From assembly GCA_964016885.1 (NCBI GenBank), contig OZ024747.1:20584001-20648000 (forward strand): a stretch of DNA of 64,000 nt, given 5' to 3'. A model generated the notes under the pieces. The model ran no database searches. It saw only the letters and a list, made by a program, of their open reading frames with translations, and was not told the DNA's origin. Made by a program: the position numbers and the translations under genes. The DNA comes from Eledone cirrhosa (taxonomy: Eukaryota). This document shows, in pieces, positions 41,295 through 57,183 of the stretch (position 1 is its first letter; each line of letters starts with the position of its first letter).

Positions 41295-41471
41295 CGTTAT
41301 TCCGGGTTGAATCGGAGGTAACCACAGTAAGTAAGGTACTCAATACATTGCAGAGTATAAAAGTTTTAATATAGAAGAGATTATACAGGACTAGAACTGT
41401 TTCATTCTTTAGAAATCATCTAAAGAATGAAACAGTTCTAGTCCTGTAGAATCTCTTCTATATTAAAACTT
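41293..41471. mobile_element. pLTR-like fragment with fold-back (53-bp arms) pivoting on a truncated HHR core
   Basis: Arms 41361-41413 / 41419-41471; minus strand reads GATGA-TTTC(TAAA)GAAT-GAAA-CAG...CTG-TA; homolog at 41690-41825. Confidence 0.75.
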
Positions 41472-41584
41472 ATATATATATATATATATATATATATGTC
41501 AAAGGTAAACAGAAATAACAACACAATCGGCACAGTATATGGAAAGAATATATTAAGTTAACGCTTGAAATAGCAGGAAGAGCG

Positions 41585-41620
41585 TCTTAACGTTTCGGAC
41601 ACTAGTCCTTCATCAGAAGA
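41585..41620 (-). ncRNA. Minimal type-I HHR
   Basis: TCTT-CTGATGA-A-GGAC(TAGT)GTCC-GAAA-CG-TT-AAGA; AACGTT palindrome. Confidence 0.78.
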
Positions 41621-42164
41621 AAGAAGGAGAAATAAGATAGATTGAAATTGGAAAAAATGTCTTTAGATAAAAATAACAGGTCCATTCATGTTGACATCTC
41701 TTCTTGGTTCAATCGGGCGCAACCAGAGTAAGTAAGGTACTCAGTACATAGCAGAGTATAAGTACTTAATATAGAAATGGCTTCTACAGGACTAGAACTG
41801 TTTCATTCGGAGGAAATGATCATATATGGGGGGGGGGTGAGAGTGTTTGTGTGTGTGTGTGTATAATTATGTGTTGACAGTATTTGTACATATGTTATAG
41901 ACGAGTAGATGAACTCTTCAAACTATTTCATGTAACTTTACGAGCAAAAACACGCACTACAATATAATATATGTATGTGTTTGTGTGTCTTTGGTATGTA
42001 TCTTTGAGTGTGCACACCCACCCACTAATAGACACACAGACACACAGACACACATATATATAATGTGTGTGTGTTTGTGTATGTATATATAAATATATAC
42101 ATATATGTATATATAAATATATACATATATGTGTATGTATATATACATACATATATATATATAC

Positions 42165-42199
<35 letters not shown>

Positions 42200-42212
42200 C
42201 ATATATATATAC

Positions 42213-42371
<159 letters not shown>

Positions 42372-42372
42372 C

Positions 42373-42447
<75 letters not shown>

Positions 42448-42459
42448 TATATGTATATA

Positions 42460-42514
<55 letters not shown>

Positions 42515-42611
42515 GTATATATATGTATATATATATGTATATATATGTATATATATATGTATATATATGTATATATATATGTATATATATATATATATGT
42601 ATATATATATG

Positions 42612-42650
<39 letters not shown>

Positions 42651-42743
42651 GTATATATATATGTATATATATATGTATATATATATATATGTATATATAT
42701 ATGTATATATATATATATGTATATATATATGTATATATATATG

Positions 42744-42856
<113 letters not shown>

Positions 42857-42903
42857 GTATATGTATATATATATGTATATATATATATATATGTATATAT
42901 ATG

Positions 42904-42968
<65 letters not shown>

Positions 42969-42979
42969 GTATATATATG

Positions 42980-43056
<77 letters not shown>

Positions 43057-43095
43057 GATAACAAAGAACGCTTATAGCATATGCATATCTTTACT

Positions 43096-43141
43096 TGCTA
43101 ACATTGTTTCATCCGCACTATAAGTGGGACTCATCAGAGCA
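43096..43141 (-). ncRNA. Type-I HHR
   Basis: TGCT-CTGATGA-GTCC-CACT(TAT)AGTG-C-GGAT-GAAA-CAATG-TT-AGCA. Confidence 0.82.
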
Positions 43142-43300
43142 TAAAGGTTAATTACATACCATACAAGCAATAACAAATCCAAGACATTGAAGAATGAAAG
43201 GTAATAATAGACGATAAAGGATAAGAATAAAAGTAAAAATAAAAATAAAAATAAAAATAAAAATAAGGGGTGCTATACATACACATATGTGCTAGCATAC

Positions 43301-43463
<163 letters not shown>

Positions 43464-43464
43464 C

Positions 43465-43571
<107 letters not shown>

Positions 43572-43581
43572 TATATACATA

Positions 43582-43720
<139 letters not shown>

Positions 43721-43758
43721 ACATAAATATATATACATACATATATATATATACATAC

Positions 43759-43909
<151 letters not shown>

Positions 43910-43983
43910 CATATATATATACATATATATATATATACATATAATATAAGATCAAAAGATGGTTAAAGGAATTCCATATATTT

Positions 43984-44044
43984 TATTATGCGCATTTCAG
44001 AAACAAACATCATCAAGCAATAATATTTGTGTTTTCATCAGATA
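43984..44044 (-). ncRNA. Type-I HHR, 5' strand of stem I running into (TA)n
   Basis: TAT-CTGATGA-AAAC-ACAAATATTATT(GCTT)GATGATGTTTGT-TTCT-GAAA-TGCGCA-TA-ATA; palindromic ATGCGCAT stem III. Confidence 0.65.
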
Positions 44045-44052
44045 TATACATA

Positions 44053-44110
<58 letters not shown>

Positions 44111-44143
44111 TATACATATATATATATATATACATATATATAC

Positions 44144-44176
<33 letters not shown>

Positions 44177-44200
44177 CATATATATACATATATATATATA

Positions 44201-44234
<34 letters not shown>

Positions 44235-44240
44235 TATACA

Positions 44241-44282
<42 letters not shown>

Positions 44283-44437
44283 CATATATATATACATATA
44301 TATATATATATACATATATTTATATATATATATATATATATACATATATATATACATATATATATGTATATACATATATATATATATACATATATATATA
44401 CATATATATATACATATATATATACATATATATATAC

Positions 44438-44506
<69 letters not shown>

Positions 44507-44608
44507 CATATATATATACATATATATATATATATACATATATATTTAGAAACACACAGATACATGCGGACACACACATATATACATGAATGCGCCCGCA
44601 CCCAACTG

Positions 44609-44681
<73 letters not shown>

Positions 44682-44715
44682 CATATATATATATACATAT
44701 ATATATATACACATA

Positions 44716-44847
<132 letters not shown>

Positions 44848-44864
44848 CACATATATATATATAC

Positions 44865-44917
<53 letters not shown>

Positions 44918-44934
44918 CTCATATATATATATAC

Positions 44935-44983
<49 letters not shown>

Positions 44984-45000
44984 CACATATATATATATAC

Positions 45001-45105
<105 letters not shown>

Positions 45106-45233
45106 CATATATATTTCGTTTCTGAATTTGTTTAGCAAGATTCTTTATCTGAAATCGTGTGTTGAAACCCTCCCAAAGTGTAACAATATACATATATATA
45201 TATACACATATATATATATACATATACATACAT

Positions 45234-45267
<34 letters not shown>

Positions 45268-45270
45268 ACA

Positions 45271-45322
<52 letters not shown>

Positions 45323-45337
45323 CATATATATATATAC

Positions 45338-45406
<69 letters not shown>

Positions 45407-46627
45407 TATGCATGCATGCACAGTCTTTGATATTGCTTCATTATATGTATCATGGATTTCGACACATCTATTTGACTTGCCTGTGCTGTTGCTATTTGCA
45501 ACTAGTGGTACAAAGATTTCGGAATAAATTTATGCAAATAATCCTTTTGCACCGTATGCATTGGATGCAATTACACAAATTAGATGCAAGTATATATTTG
45601 ATCCTGAAGAGGCTCCATATATCTTGAAAGAAAATTTAATCAGCAGAGTAGAGCAATTACGTGAAGACCGGCCTCAATGAAAACATGTATTCAGCATAGG
45701 AATATTGGTTAGGCTCTACAATTAGTCACGCTGGAACTAAAGTTGTGGGTGTTATTGTTCATGCTGTTTTTCATCATATCCAGCTTACTCAGCTCTGAGT
45801 GAATAAACTCATCAAAATATTTTAGCTGTGATCGACTGTCTTTTCTTTCTCCAGAATATTGTCTCTAAAACCACATTATCCAGTTTGATCTCCTTCGCTA
45901 TAACCGTAAGATATGATATGAAGTAGATTTGACTATTATTTATTATAGGGTCGTAAAACACGAGGGCTGTAAAATTTTGAATATATTAATTTCATTGTTA
46001 TAGAAATATGAAGGTATAAGTCTCGAATTCTGTTAGGCTTGCAGGCCTGTACGATAAGATGACAACATGTGTGTGAAAAGCTGAAAGATTTGATCATAAA
46101 GGTTAAGTGGGCTTGGCGAAGCCTAACCCATTTCAGTTATGCCTATAAGTGTTTGTTACGAGTAGTATAGAATTATGTTTGTTGATTGTGCATATGATAA
46201 TGTAAGCGCCATGACATGTATTTGTGGAAAGACACTTAACGCAAAAATGTGTGTCTTCTTGGAGCTATAAGAACATGAGAGGAGATGACAGAAAGAGGGA
46301 GATGATAAGCGAGAGATAAAGAGATTCAGAGAATGTATCATAAAGCCTCTCTGGCAGAACTAACCGGCCAGACTGACTTGTTCTATTTGTAACTTTTACT
46401 CTCTATGCTTCATGGTGCACCAAGTCACAGCAACTTCCCGTTCTGGATCATTGGTAAGGTATTTTTTTTACAAAAGTCTCACTTTTCTAGGAAATTTTTC
46501 AGATGGTGTGAAGTTTATTTTAGGTTTGGTGCCAAAACATGAATGAGAGCTAATATAACGACGGCGTGAATGTAGGCAGAAAAACTAACATGGTGGTTAA
46601 TTGCCTATTCATATGTAAGTCACATTT

Positions 46628-46752
46628 CAACAGCATGTAGCATCACAAGAGCATGTAGCATCACAACAGCATATAACATCGCAACATAATGCAGCATCAC
46701 AACAGAATGCAGCATCACAACAGAATGCAGCATCACAACAGCATGTAGCGTC
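46628..46752. repeat. 20-bp minisatellite, ~6 copies (CAACAGCATGTAGCATCACA-like)
   Basis: Contiguous tandem units, no spacers. Confidence 0.85.
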
Positions 46753-47648
46753 AGCAACTGAACTAGCCACCAAGAAATTTAAAGTTAGGAATACATATCG
46801 CTATACATTTAGATGATCTAAATGAAATATCATTTGTGATTTAGGGATTAATCGATTTTAGCAATTTTCTTAGAGGGCTTCCTTCTGTCATGGGTAGTCT
46901 TCGAAGGAACATCTGTTGTACGCTACAGACTGTTCAATAATCCTTACACCACTCTGATCAAATGTAAAGCAGCACTAATATCCCTATAATAAATATCAGT
47001 TAGTGAGGAAACTTTCAGATGTATGTAGACTGGTAGAATTTCTAAATCCACAATAATAGTAAAGACAGTTGTTATTGTTGCTGCTAGTGTTAGGGTGGGG
47101 AAAAGAACAAAACAAAAAAGTCGTTTAGAAAAGAAGCTTTAAAAATAATAAGCAAAGAATTTCAATAAAGAAAATAACAGCAAACAGAAAATGGAAAATT
47201 ATAAAGCAGTGTGAACGAACGATTGAGGAATTACTTGGTTTTGAAAAACAAAACAGGAAACTAAAGAAAGGCAAAAGAACACGATACAAGAAAATCAATG
47301 CGCAACTAAAGCAGATGGCAAATTAAAAGAGATATTGGAAACTAAATATATAAGTAGAATGCTATTGGCCGAAGAATTGCTAATACAGATATCAATCGGT
47401 TAAAGAAAAATGCCAGGTTCTTAAATAACTTGAAGAGAAAAGCAATAGATAGAACAATTTAGATTCTGGTATGAGATAAGTGAACTTCCTTTAAAAATGG
47501 GAAAGAGGAATGAAGATAGAGAATTACTTCACAGAAATCACATATATCAGAAAGGAACCTTTGATCTTCAGTTTTAAAAAGTAGATTTTTTTTTTTGCCT
47601 TTTTATATTTTTATTACTACTATATATATATATATATGTGTGTGTATG

Positions 47649-47685
<37 letters not shown>

Positions 47686-47720
47686 GTATGTATATATATA
47701 TGTATATATATATATATACA

Positions 47721-47767
<47 letters not shown>

Positions 47768-47813
47768 CGTATGTGTGTGTGTGTTTGTGCAAGGATGCGT
47801 GGATATGTGTGCG

Positions 47814-47854
<41 letters not shown>

Positions 47855-48263
47855 AAAGAGATTTCATCTTGATAGGTGAAAAAAAAAGATTTTCCTTCTT
47901 TTTCGAATATTTGTTCAATTTTCTTGTGTGTCTTCTTTTTTTCTTCTCCGGGATCAAATGGCTTTAGTGGTGCAGAGTAAATGTGGTAAAGGAATAAATA
48001 CGTTGTGTATAATGGTAGCTATGGTGCTTCCATAGGCGGTATGCCAAAATTAGCACTCAATATTCATACAGAGCACAGTGTGGATAGTATAAAAAATGTG
48101 TTCCGAACGAACTGCCCGTGTCCGAAGGAACTTGCAGCCGTTGAAACAACCAGATCCATACAGTAATCATGTCTCGAGCTACCTGCCGGCGAAACAATTG
48201 TAACACGCAATAAACTGAGTCCAGATGCATCACTGATTTTTCGTTTTTTTATACTACTATATA

Positions 48264-48302
<39 letters not shown>

Positions 48303-48306
<4 letters not shown>

Positions 48307-48440
48307 TAGCGTGTGGTAAAAACCAGGTAGGCCATAACCCAACAGAGTACTTAATACTTGGGGTAGTAGAGTGGATAATATGAAAGACTTCAGGACTCCG
48401 ACGACTGAGCTCCGGCCGTTTCCTCAGCTAGATCCGAACT
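48303..48440 (-). mobile_element. Diverged copy of the 10255/49932 pLTR-like family
   Basis: GTGTGGTAAAAACCAGGTAGGCCATAAC...GTAGTAGAGTGG; minus strand CTGAG-GAAACGGC...GTCGTC. Confidence 0.65.
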
Positions 48441-48844
48441 AAAGTGCCAGAGAATATGTATGTATGTATTCATATATATATATATATATATGTGTGTGTG
48501 AGTATGTGTGTGGATGAGTGCGCGTGGGCGTGTGTATATTTGTGTTTATTAACAAGACATAAACATACATTACGCCGAGTTCAAGTATATATATATTCAT
48601 AATAGACTTGTGATTACTCATTCTTGTTACTTTATAGAGTTTCCTGATTATTGCTATAGCTATCCGTATAATTTAGGAGTATAGCGTTAATCACAAAACT
48701 CTAAGTAACCTGATCACTACACAGTAATGTATAACGTTTTCTGTTTGTGAGTATATATACCTATATATATATATATACACGTTTGTGTATATATACCGAA
48801 ATATATATACGATTATATAGTTTTATATGTATGAGTGATGGTAT

Positions 48845-48891
<47 letters not shown>

Positions 48892-49601
48892 CCTCTACAC
48901 CATTAAACACACATGAAGACACACAAAAAACACAGACACATACACATTTACACATTTACACACCGAATAGGAAGATTAAAAGGAAATGAAGGGAGAGAAA
49001 TTCCAGGATTTTGGTAAATAGATAAATATATGTTATAGGAATATCAGAACACAAATTTTATAGGAGAATATTTTTCTGTTCTCAGTAGTAGGAGGGAGAG
49101 CAAGAGGTGAAAGAAATTAAGAGGTGGAGAAGAAAATGGTGAGAGAGAGAGAGAAAAAAAATCATTGTGAGAATATAAGGTGAATAAGAATGAATGAGAA
49201 GTTTACTGAAATGATGCAGAGAAATGAGAGAGACAAAGTGTGGGAGACGGAGAAGGTGAAGGAATATGACTTAGAATAAAGAATGACTGAGAGCGAGAGT
49301 GAGAGAGAGAAAAAGAGATGTGAATGTGGAAGAGAAAATATGAATGGTAAGAAGAAAATAACATGCGAGAGGGAAGAAGAAGGAGAATAGGTGGGTATGG
49401 AAGAGAAGTTATTGAAAGAGAAATGTGCAGAGTGCAAAGACAGATATATATATATATATGTGTGTAGAAATATACATATGTGTGTGTATGTATATGTGTA
49501 TGCGTGTGTATGTATGTGGGTGTGTGCAAATATATGTATATGATGGTTAAACATATAATGTGTGTGTATGTGTGCGTATGCAAATATATGTATATGATGG
49601 T

Positions 49602-49641
<40 letters not shown>

Positions 49642-49883
49642 TGTGTGTGTGTGTATGCATGCGTGGGATATTTATGAGGTTAGCGAGGATTTGAGATCAA
49701 ACTTAGACGAAAGTGCTTGGTGTAATATCAAAGTTCAGAATTCAGATTTTGAAGTAAAACAATGGATCAATCCACCAACAAATCTTGTTGAGCAACAAGG
49801 CATTGCGGATAATTCAAACGAAGATTTATATACACACACACATACACACACATAAACACATTCATACACACACACAAACACTT

Positions 49884-49931
<48 letters not shown>

Positions 49932-49933
<2 letters not shown>

Positions 49934-50120
49934 CGAAGGAAATGTGGTAAGGAACCAGGTGGACCATAACGCACCAAAGTACTCAATACTTAGGGTAGTA
50001 GAGTGGGTAATAGGAGTAAGTAAGACCCCGACGGCTGAGCTCAAGCCGTTTCGACGGCTAATTCTGTACAGAATTAGCCGTCGAAACGGCTTGAGCTCAG
50101 CCGTCGGGGTCTTACTTACT

Positions 50121-50125
<5 letters not shown>
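49932..50125. mobile_element. pLTR-like fragment ending in a perfect 116-bp palindrome, in (TA)n
   Basis: Arms 50010-50067 / 50068-50125 are exact reverse complements. Confidence 0.85.
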
Positions 50126-50172
<47 letters not shown>

Positions 50173-52500
50173 CATGTGTGTGTGTGTGTGTGTGTGTATA
50201 TATACATATGTATATGTATGTGTGTTCGTATTCATATATGTATGAATTTGTGTGCTCACATGTTTATAACTACATACGATATACACTACATAATCATATA
50301 TATATATGAAATTGGAGATATACACATGCCATTGCATTAGTTTTCTGTTCTTTTGTGTTTGTTGTACTAGTTGAGCTGGTTGTGGTGTGTGGTGATAGTG
50401 GAGCTGGTCGTGTACGTAGTTTGAGAGGGTCATAGTTCATTTCTTTCATAGTAGTACATTGATGCCTGACAGGTTTACATAATAGTCTTCCTAACATATA
50501 AGTGACTATAGTCCTTCATAAATGAAATGGTCGCTGATTATCCTTGTTCATGTTCTTTGTTGACGGTGTAGCGGGTACTGATGTTATTAGTAGTGTTTTT
50601 GTTTGTGTTGTTGTTGTTGTTGTTGGTAGTGGTTCATGTTTTTATAGGTTTATTTTTGTTTTTGTGTTTGTTTGTTTTGATTTTGTTTTAAATTTCAGAG
50701 TTCAAATTCTAGCATAAAAGATCGATAGTTCATTTAACAAATGTAGTTTTGTGTACGTGTTTCGTGTTCGGGTTTGTTTGAGTACCTACGTGCCGACATG
50801 TGTGTGTATATCTCTGAGCATTAAGAATACAGTTTGGTCAAGTAGGTATGTAATTGGTTTTGCCATCACAAGGCTTCGGTTTCGATTCCATTCTATTCTA
50901 CCTCAGCTTATACTAAACAGAAACTATGCAGAAGCCCTTTGGATGGATTACACGGTTGTTGAAAGGTCCAGTCTGACTATACACTGTGGCACTTTTATTC
51001 TGCTCGATATTTACTTCGACGAGACACATATCTGTGGAATATTCAACCACCTACACTGTAGTTCAATTAGTAAGCATTCCAGATAATTGTCCAACTGAAA
51101 TAAATTTCGTTGAAACTAACAGAGAATCTATTTCTTTTCTAATTACATGTAAACTCGTACACGTTTAAAGGCAGCGAATTGGCAAGGTCGTTAGAACGGC
51201 GGGTAGAGTACTTCGTGCTATTTGTGTTGGTTCCCTGTGTTCTCAGTTCAAACCATACCCTAACCAACTCCTCCTTTCACCATTTCCTCTATGTTTCTTT
51301 CTCCCTTCTTCTCTATCACTCATTCTCTCTTTACTTCTCTGGAAGAAATCATTTGTGTTCAGACCTAGAGAGAGGAAGGGCTTCTCCAGGTTTAAATTGC
51401 CCAATACACACCGTATGCCATGACTGCGCGCCAACGACTTCATCAGAAATTATCCATACGTACATTTATGCGTGTGCGTGTGATTCTTGGTAATTTTATT
51501 TTCTTTAAGTACTGGGAGTATGTAGTCATAAATTATTGTTTGTTATTTATCTGTAATAAATCGCAGTAACATCGACGGGTTTTATATCTACTGTATATAT
51601 AACGGTTCAACAAACGTTTCACCAACCAGAATCTACCTACTTGTAGTATTAGTAGACATTCTTCATTTAGTGAGCAATTCTGTATAATTCTACATTCGTA
51701 AGGTGGTGGAGAAATGGAAAGAATGAGTACGTATCTTGGATTATGTGGAAGTTCTTTGTCATATGCTATTTTGTCCGCCTGAGGATTAACAGAATTGGTA
51801 GTGCGGTGCTTGTTCCAGCTAGCCCTACTATCTGTTGTTCAAATCCCCCTGAACGTTCCCTTTCGAAATCGATATATGTCCAACACAGGGTGATGATTCT
51901 TTATTTCCCTGGAATAAGTCGACTGTGTTCCGACCTTGAGAAGGACGGGTTCCGCCAGGTATTAAATGCCTAAGTCACGCCGTGTATCAGGATAGCACCC
52001 CTACGATTCCATCAGGATTTAATGACCATTAATTTACCTTTATCTGAATATTTTGTTACTTAAGTTGCTTCTGTTAATACCTCCGTAAAGTTGAAGGCAG
52101 CATGGTTAAAATTATCGTTGTCAGAGAGTAAGTTGGAAAATGTCCAAATGCCATTTACGAGGTCTAGAACATTACATTTGTAATATTCTACCGCTCTGTA
52201 AGAAGTAATTATTCCCCAAATAAGACCAGGCCTCGATAGCGGAAGTTTCTGCATCAAAACAACTGCCGTTGATGAATGGAAATCAATGTACCTGCTGCCC
52301 CCTCCTTAAATTTCCTGACGTCAGGTCCTTCTATTCAATGCTTTGTCGCCAGAACGATCGTACGTAGTGTTACTAAGTAGTGATGGTAGGATCCTTAGCC
52401 TCTTTCAAATAATCTGAATTCTACTAGAGTTATCTTCCTCTCATTTGTATTTCCCTATGTAAATATGCTTATATACACATATATACATATAAATATATTA

Positions 52501-52542
<42 letters not shown>

Positions 52543-52716
52543 ATAATAATAAATTTGAAGACTAAAATCTAAAGAGGGCTTTAAACTGTTATTTTAATAA
52601 ATATATATATATATATATATATAATGTAGGAGGTGAGTTTTATTGTAGCACAATAAAGCAATGCAAATATCGGATATGTAGCACTCTACAGTTTGTAGGA
52701 CTGGAGTATAAATAAT

Positions 52717-52901
52717 TGTTTCTACTTTTGGCACAAGGCCAGCAATTTCCTAGTGTATTACTGGTACTTTATTTTATCGACCCCGTAAGGATGAAAGGCA
52801 AAGTTAACCTCGGCGGGATTTGAACTCAGAATGGCAAGGGCCGTAACTCTATGCGTCAAAGCATGGCGTCCGACCCTCTACCGATACTGCCAATTCACCG
52901 C
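52717..52901 (-). mobile_element. Young family A SINE with 17-bp target-site duplication
   Basis: ACTGGAGTATAAATAAT at 52700-52716 and 52902-52918. Confidence 0.93.
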
Positions 52902-52958
52902 ACTGGAGTATAAATAATATAAGATCAAAAGATAGTTAAAAGAGTTACAAGTATTTTA

Positions 52959-53283
<325 letters not shown>

Positions 53284-53490
53284 TAGAGAAAAATAGAGAA
53301 AAATACTGCAGGTAGCACATGGATAACATGTAATAAAATAAGTCCCTCATCAGTGATTTGCCGAAGATCATAGATATTTCATTGCATTAAAAATCATATA
53401 TCTCACTTCGGTGCAATAATAACCAAAATAAGTTATTAGGACAATTAAAACGCGTAAAGCGAGTGAGACAGGAGAACAACAGAAAGTATA

Positions 53491-53580
<90 letters not shown>

Positions 53581-53844
53581 AAATACTTTAACTCTTTTAA
53601 CTATCTTTTGATCTTATATTATTTATACTCCAGTGGGGTGAATTGGCAGTATCGGTAGAGGGTCATATTTGCGTAATATTGCCAGAATTAATAACAGAAC
53701 ACACTCATATATATATTTTAGGGTAAATATTGATGCAATTCATTTCAAGCACTCAACGTACTTTTTCCACATAGGAGTGACGGAGTAAATATCGAATAAG
53801 TAAAAGCGAAGTAGTTTCAGATGTTCAAGTCCTTTAATAATAAT

Positions 53845-53918
53845 GCTGTGATATATATTTCAATGACGACACTGGCCACACTGTTCTGTGTGCGAGTGTC
53901 GTGACATCATCAGACAGC
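53845..53918 (-). ncRNA. Type-I HHR with extended stem II
   Basis: GCTGT-CTGATGA-TGTC-ACGACACT-CG-CACAC(AGAACA)GTGTG-GCC-AGTGTCGT-CATT-GAAA-TATATA-TC-ACAGC. Confidence 0.82.
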
Positions 53919-54460
53919 TTGTTACATAATAAGGTTGTTTCCGAATTATCACTTGAAAAATATTTTTGAATTTAGAATTTTTGAATTCTTTATTGTTCAA
54001 TTTATAATCTCTGATATTTGATTTAGGATTTTAACTTTTAATTTTTATTTTTATTCTCAACTCTCACTCTTAACTTACTATGTAAAACCATAGTACCTAG
54101 AATTAAGTTTATTTTCCCTTATGAGTTGATGGTCAGTCTTACTGTCAACGCTTAGTGGAAGGTAGTATTATTACCTATAAAAACTAACACCCTCCCATCC
54201 CCTCTGGCTTTCGGCTGACTGCCACAGTAGCGATGGATAGCAGTAAACTTTGGCAAGGCATAGGTGGGCCACTGACAGCGAATTTCGTTGAAATCTGCGG
54301 TGCTAACGGTCAACTTCCTTCGGACATGCGCTTGCGCAGACCGGTGGGGGTGAATTGGTACTCACAAGGGAACGGATGAAAAACCCAAAAGCACGAACTT
54401 CATCCGTTCCCATGTCGATTCAATTTGGATTGCCTTTGAAACAACCTTATTATGTAACAA

Positions 54461-54534
54461 GCTGTCTGATGATGTCACGACATTCGCACACAGAACAGTG
54501 TGGCCAGTGTCGTCATTGAAATATATATCACAAC
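54461..54534 (+). ncRNA. Type-I HHR, inverted copy of 53845-53918
   Basis: Within ~148-bp inverted arms 53794-53941 / 54438-54585; one stem I mismatch (ACAAC). Confidence 0.78.
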
Positions 54535-54583
54535 ATTATTATTAAAGGACTTGAACATCTGAAACTACTTCGCTTTTACTTAT

Positions 54584-54632
<49 letters not shown>

Positions 54633-54693
54633 CTGATTTTGCATTTCGTTTCGCTTATTCTGCCTTGCCTTGCCGAAATGCGATTCTCGCTGA

Positions 54694-54737
<44 letters not shown>

Positions 54738-54776
54738 ATAATAATAAATGTGAAGACTAAAATGTTATATATAATT

Positions 54777-54811
<35 letters not shown>

Positions 54812-55445
54812 TTGCGTGTGTGTGTGTGGCTGTGAGTAGAGCATGTGTGAACTAGTGTGAATATGATTATGTATGTGAATGAGTGTATGCAAGGTGCACA
54901 TATGCATGCACATAGGAGATATTACACCATATACATATTGTAAGATTGCTGGGAAGAGAATTTTTGGTTTAGTTAGTTGGAATAAGTGGTAATCTGGAAT
55001 AATGGGAAGTCAATGAACGAATTCCAGTGTAAAATGTGTTGAATTAATAATTAAAGAGCTTTTGTGACATTGAAGAATAGAGCCAACTGGATGAAAACAG
55101 CTGTTGGTAGCAGAGTGGTTTTGATTAGTGGCGTTTCTGAATCTCACAAAGAACATTCAGAAATTAGCCAATTACTAGAGTTCACAGTTAATACAATTGA
55201 GAAAGACCATGATTTATAAGAGACTTAATGTCCCCTCTTTCCCTTTCTCTCCGTTTGTGTAACAATAGATAATTTTATTGCTCTATCCCGTGTTCTAAAG
55301 TAGTCGACTACGAGTAGGTAGATTCTGGTTAGTGAAATTTGTGTTGTTGTTGTTGTTGGTGTTCTTCTTCTTGATCTACTCCTTATGTTTCCTTCTTTTT
55401 CATTGCCCATTGCTTTGCATTTCTCCCCCTCCTCCTTTTTAAGTT

Positions 55446-56242
55446 TTCTTCTTCTTCTTCTTCTTCTTCTTCTTCTTCTTCTTCTTCTTCTTCTTCTTCT
55501 TCTTCTTCTTCTTCTTCTTCTTCTTCTTCTTCTTCTTTTCTTTCAACTTTTCCTCCTCTTCTTCCTACTGCTACTAATTCCCCCCCTCCCCGCCACCACC
55601 ACTACAACTACCACTACCAATACTACTGCTGATACTATTACTACTACTACTACCACTACTACAACCACTACTAATACTACCACCACCACCACTGCTGCTG
55701 CTGCTACTACTACTACTACTACTACTAATACTACTACTACCACCACCACCACCACTACTACTACTACTACAACCACTAAAACTACTACTACTACCATCAC
55801 TACTACTACAACTACTACTACTACCAACACCATTACTACTACCACCACCACTACTACTACTACCACCACCACCACCACTACTATTACTACTACCCCCCAC
55901 CCTACCCCCACCACCACCACCACGACTACTACTACTACTACTACTGCCCTTTATTATATTCCCTTTCCCTTCTACATTATGTGTTCTACTTTATCTCTCA
56001 GAACATTTTACATTTGATTCTTTTCTTTTAATTCATTTGTTACTTTCCATTTTATTTGTGTTCTTTCCTCTTCTTCTCCATCTTCCATTATTCACCTTTC
56101 TTCTATTATCTGTTTTCTTTTTCTCCTTGTTCACGATTTCGTTTTTATTTTTTATCAATTTTACTACTTTCTTTTGCATTTCTTCATTCTATTTTTATTA
56201 TCACTATTATTATAATTATTATTATTATAATTATTATTATTA

Positions 56243-56280
<38 letters not shown>

Positions 56281-56345
56281 GTTGCTATGGTTGTTGTTAT
56301 TGCTATGATTGTTGTTATTGCTATGGTTGTTGTTAGTGTTATGGT
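55446..56345. repeat. (CTT)n, (ACT/ACC)n and (ATT)n triplet tracts
   Basis: Direct reading. Confidence 0.93.
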
Positions 56346-56990
56346 TGTTGTTTGCTATGAATAGACGCCTGCAACGTAGCTCCCGGAAAGATTGTACTTT
56401 ACCACTTTTACTTGATTCAAAGATGTTTCCCTTCTGGTTCCTTTTAACCAACAAACGGCTTCGGGTTATTTAGATTTAAACGCTATTATTCGGCATTTTC
56501 TAAAAGCCATTTTACAAATACCAATTTTGGTTTATTAATTAGTCGGTAAAAATTGATAACTGTGGAGTAGCATCAAATAAACTCTCAAAATGGTTGAAAA
56601 AATACGTAAATATAAAATATAAAAAAACAGACGCCTTTATAGACAGTCGTAATTCGACAAGCAAAGATACAAATATATACATCAACAATAACACGACTAC
56701 CAACAACGCAAACTTATTCTCAACTAATGTTGTTATCTGTGAACTTCAGTCAAAGGAAAAAACTTGCTAGAGACATATTACAAAAGAGAATGTCTCCTTA
56801 CCCGAGAAATTTAATCAGAAATGGAGGAAGCGAAAAGTAACATATCTCTATTTGCCAGAATCATGAAGAGGCTTCCTTATGTCATATATGTTGAAATTGG
56901 AGGAGATGCTAGCTAATATCTGCCAAACTATATACTCCATTAACTGGGGCAAGATATATAGAGGTCTATGCTTTAACTTCAAGTCTAAAT

Positions 56991-57183
56991 ATAATTGTTT
57001 TTACTTTTGGCAGAAGGCTGCCAATTGCCCAGTGCATTACTGGTACTTAATTGTATCGATCCCGTAAGGATGAAAGGCAAAGTTAACCTCGACGGGATTT
57101 GAACTCAGAATGGCAAGGGCCGTAACTCTAGGCGTCAAAGCATGTTGTCCGACCCTCTACCGATACTGCTTATCCACCGCCCC
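56991..57183 (-). mobile_element. Family A SINE
   Basis: Full core, nearly identical to 52717-52901. Confidence 0.9.

Noticed and set aside
45604-45645. CTGAAGA...GAAA as a hammerhead
   Set aside because: No convincing stem I, II or III.
46628-46752. CRISPR-like regular 20-bp repeats
   Set aside because: Contiguous units without unique spacers, no cas genes, eukaryotic context.
53300-53356. Minus-strand CTGATGAGGGAC
   Set aside because: No matching stem II partner or GAAA; possibly a deleted HHR but unsupported.
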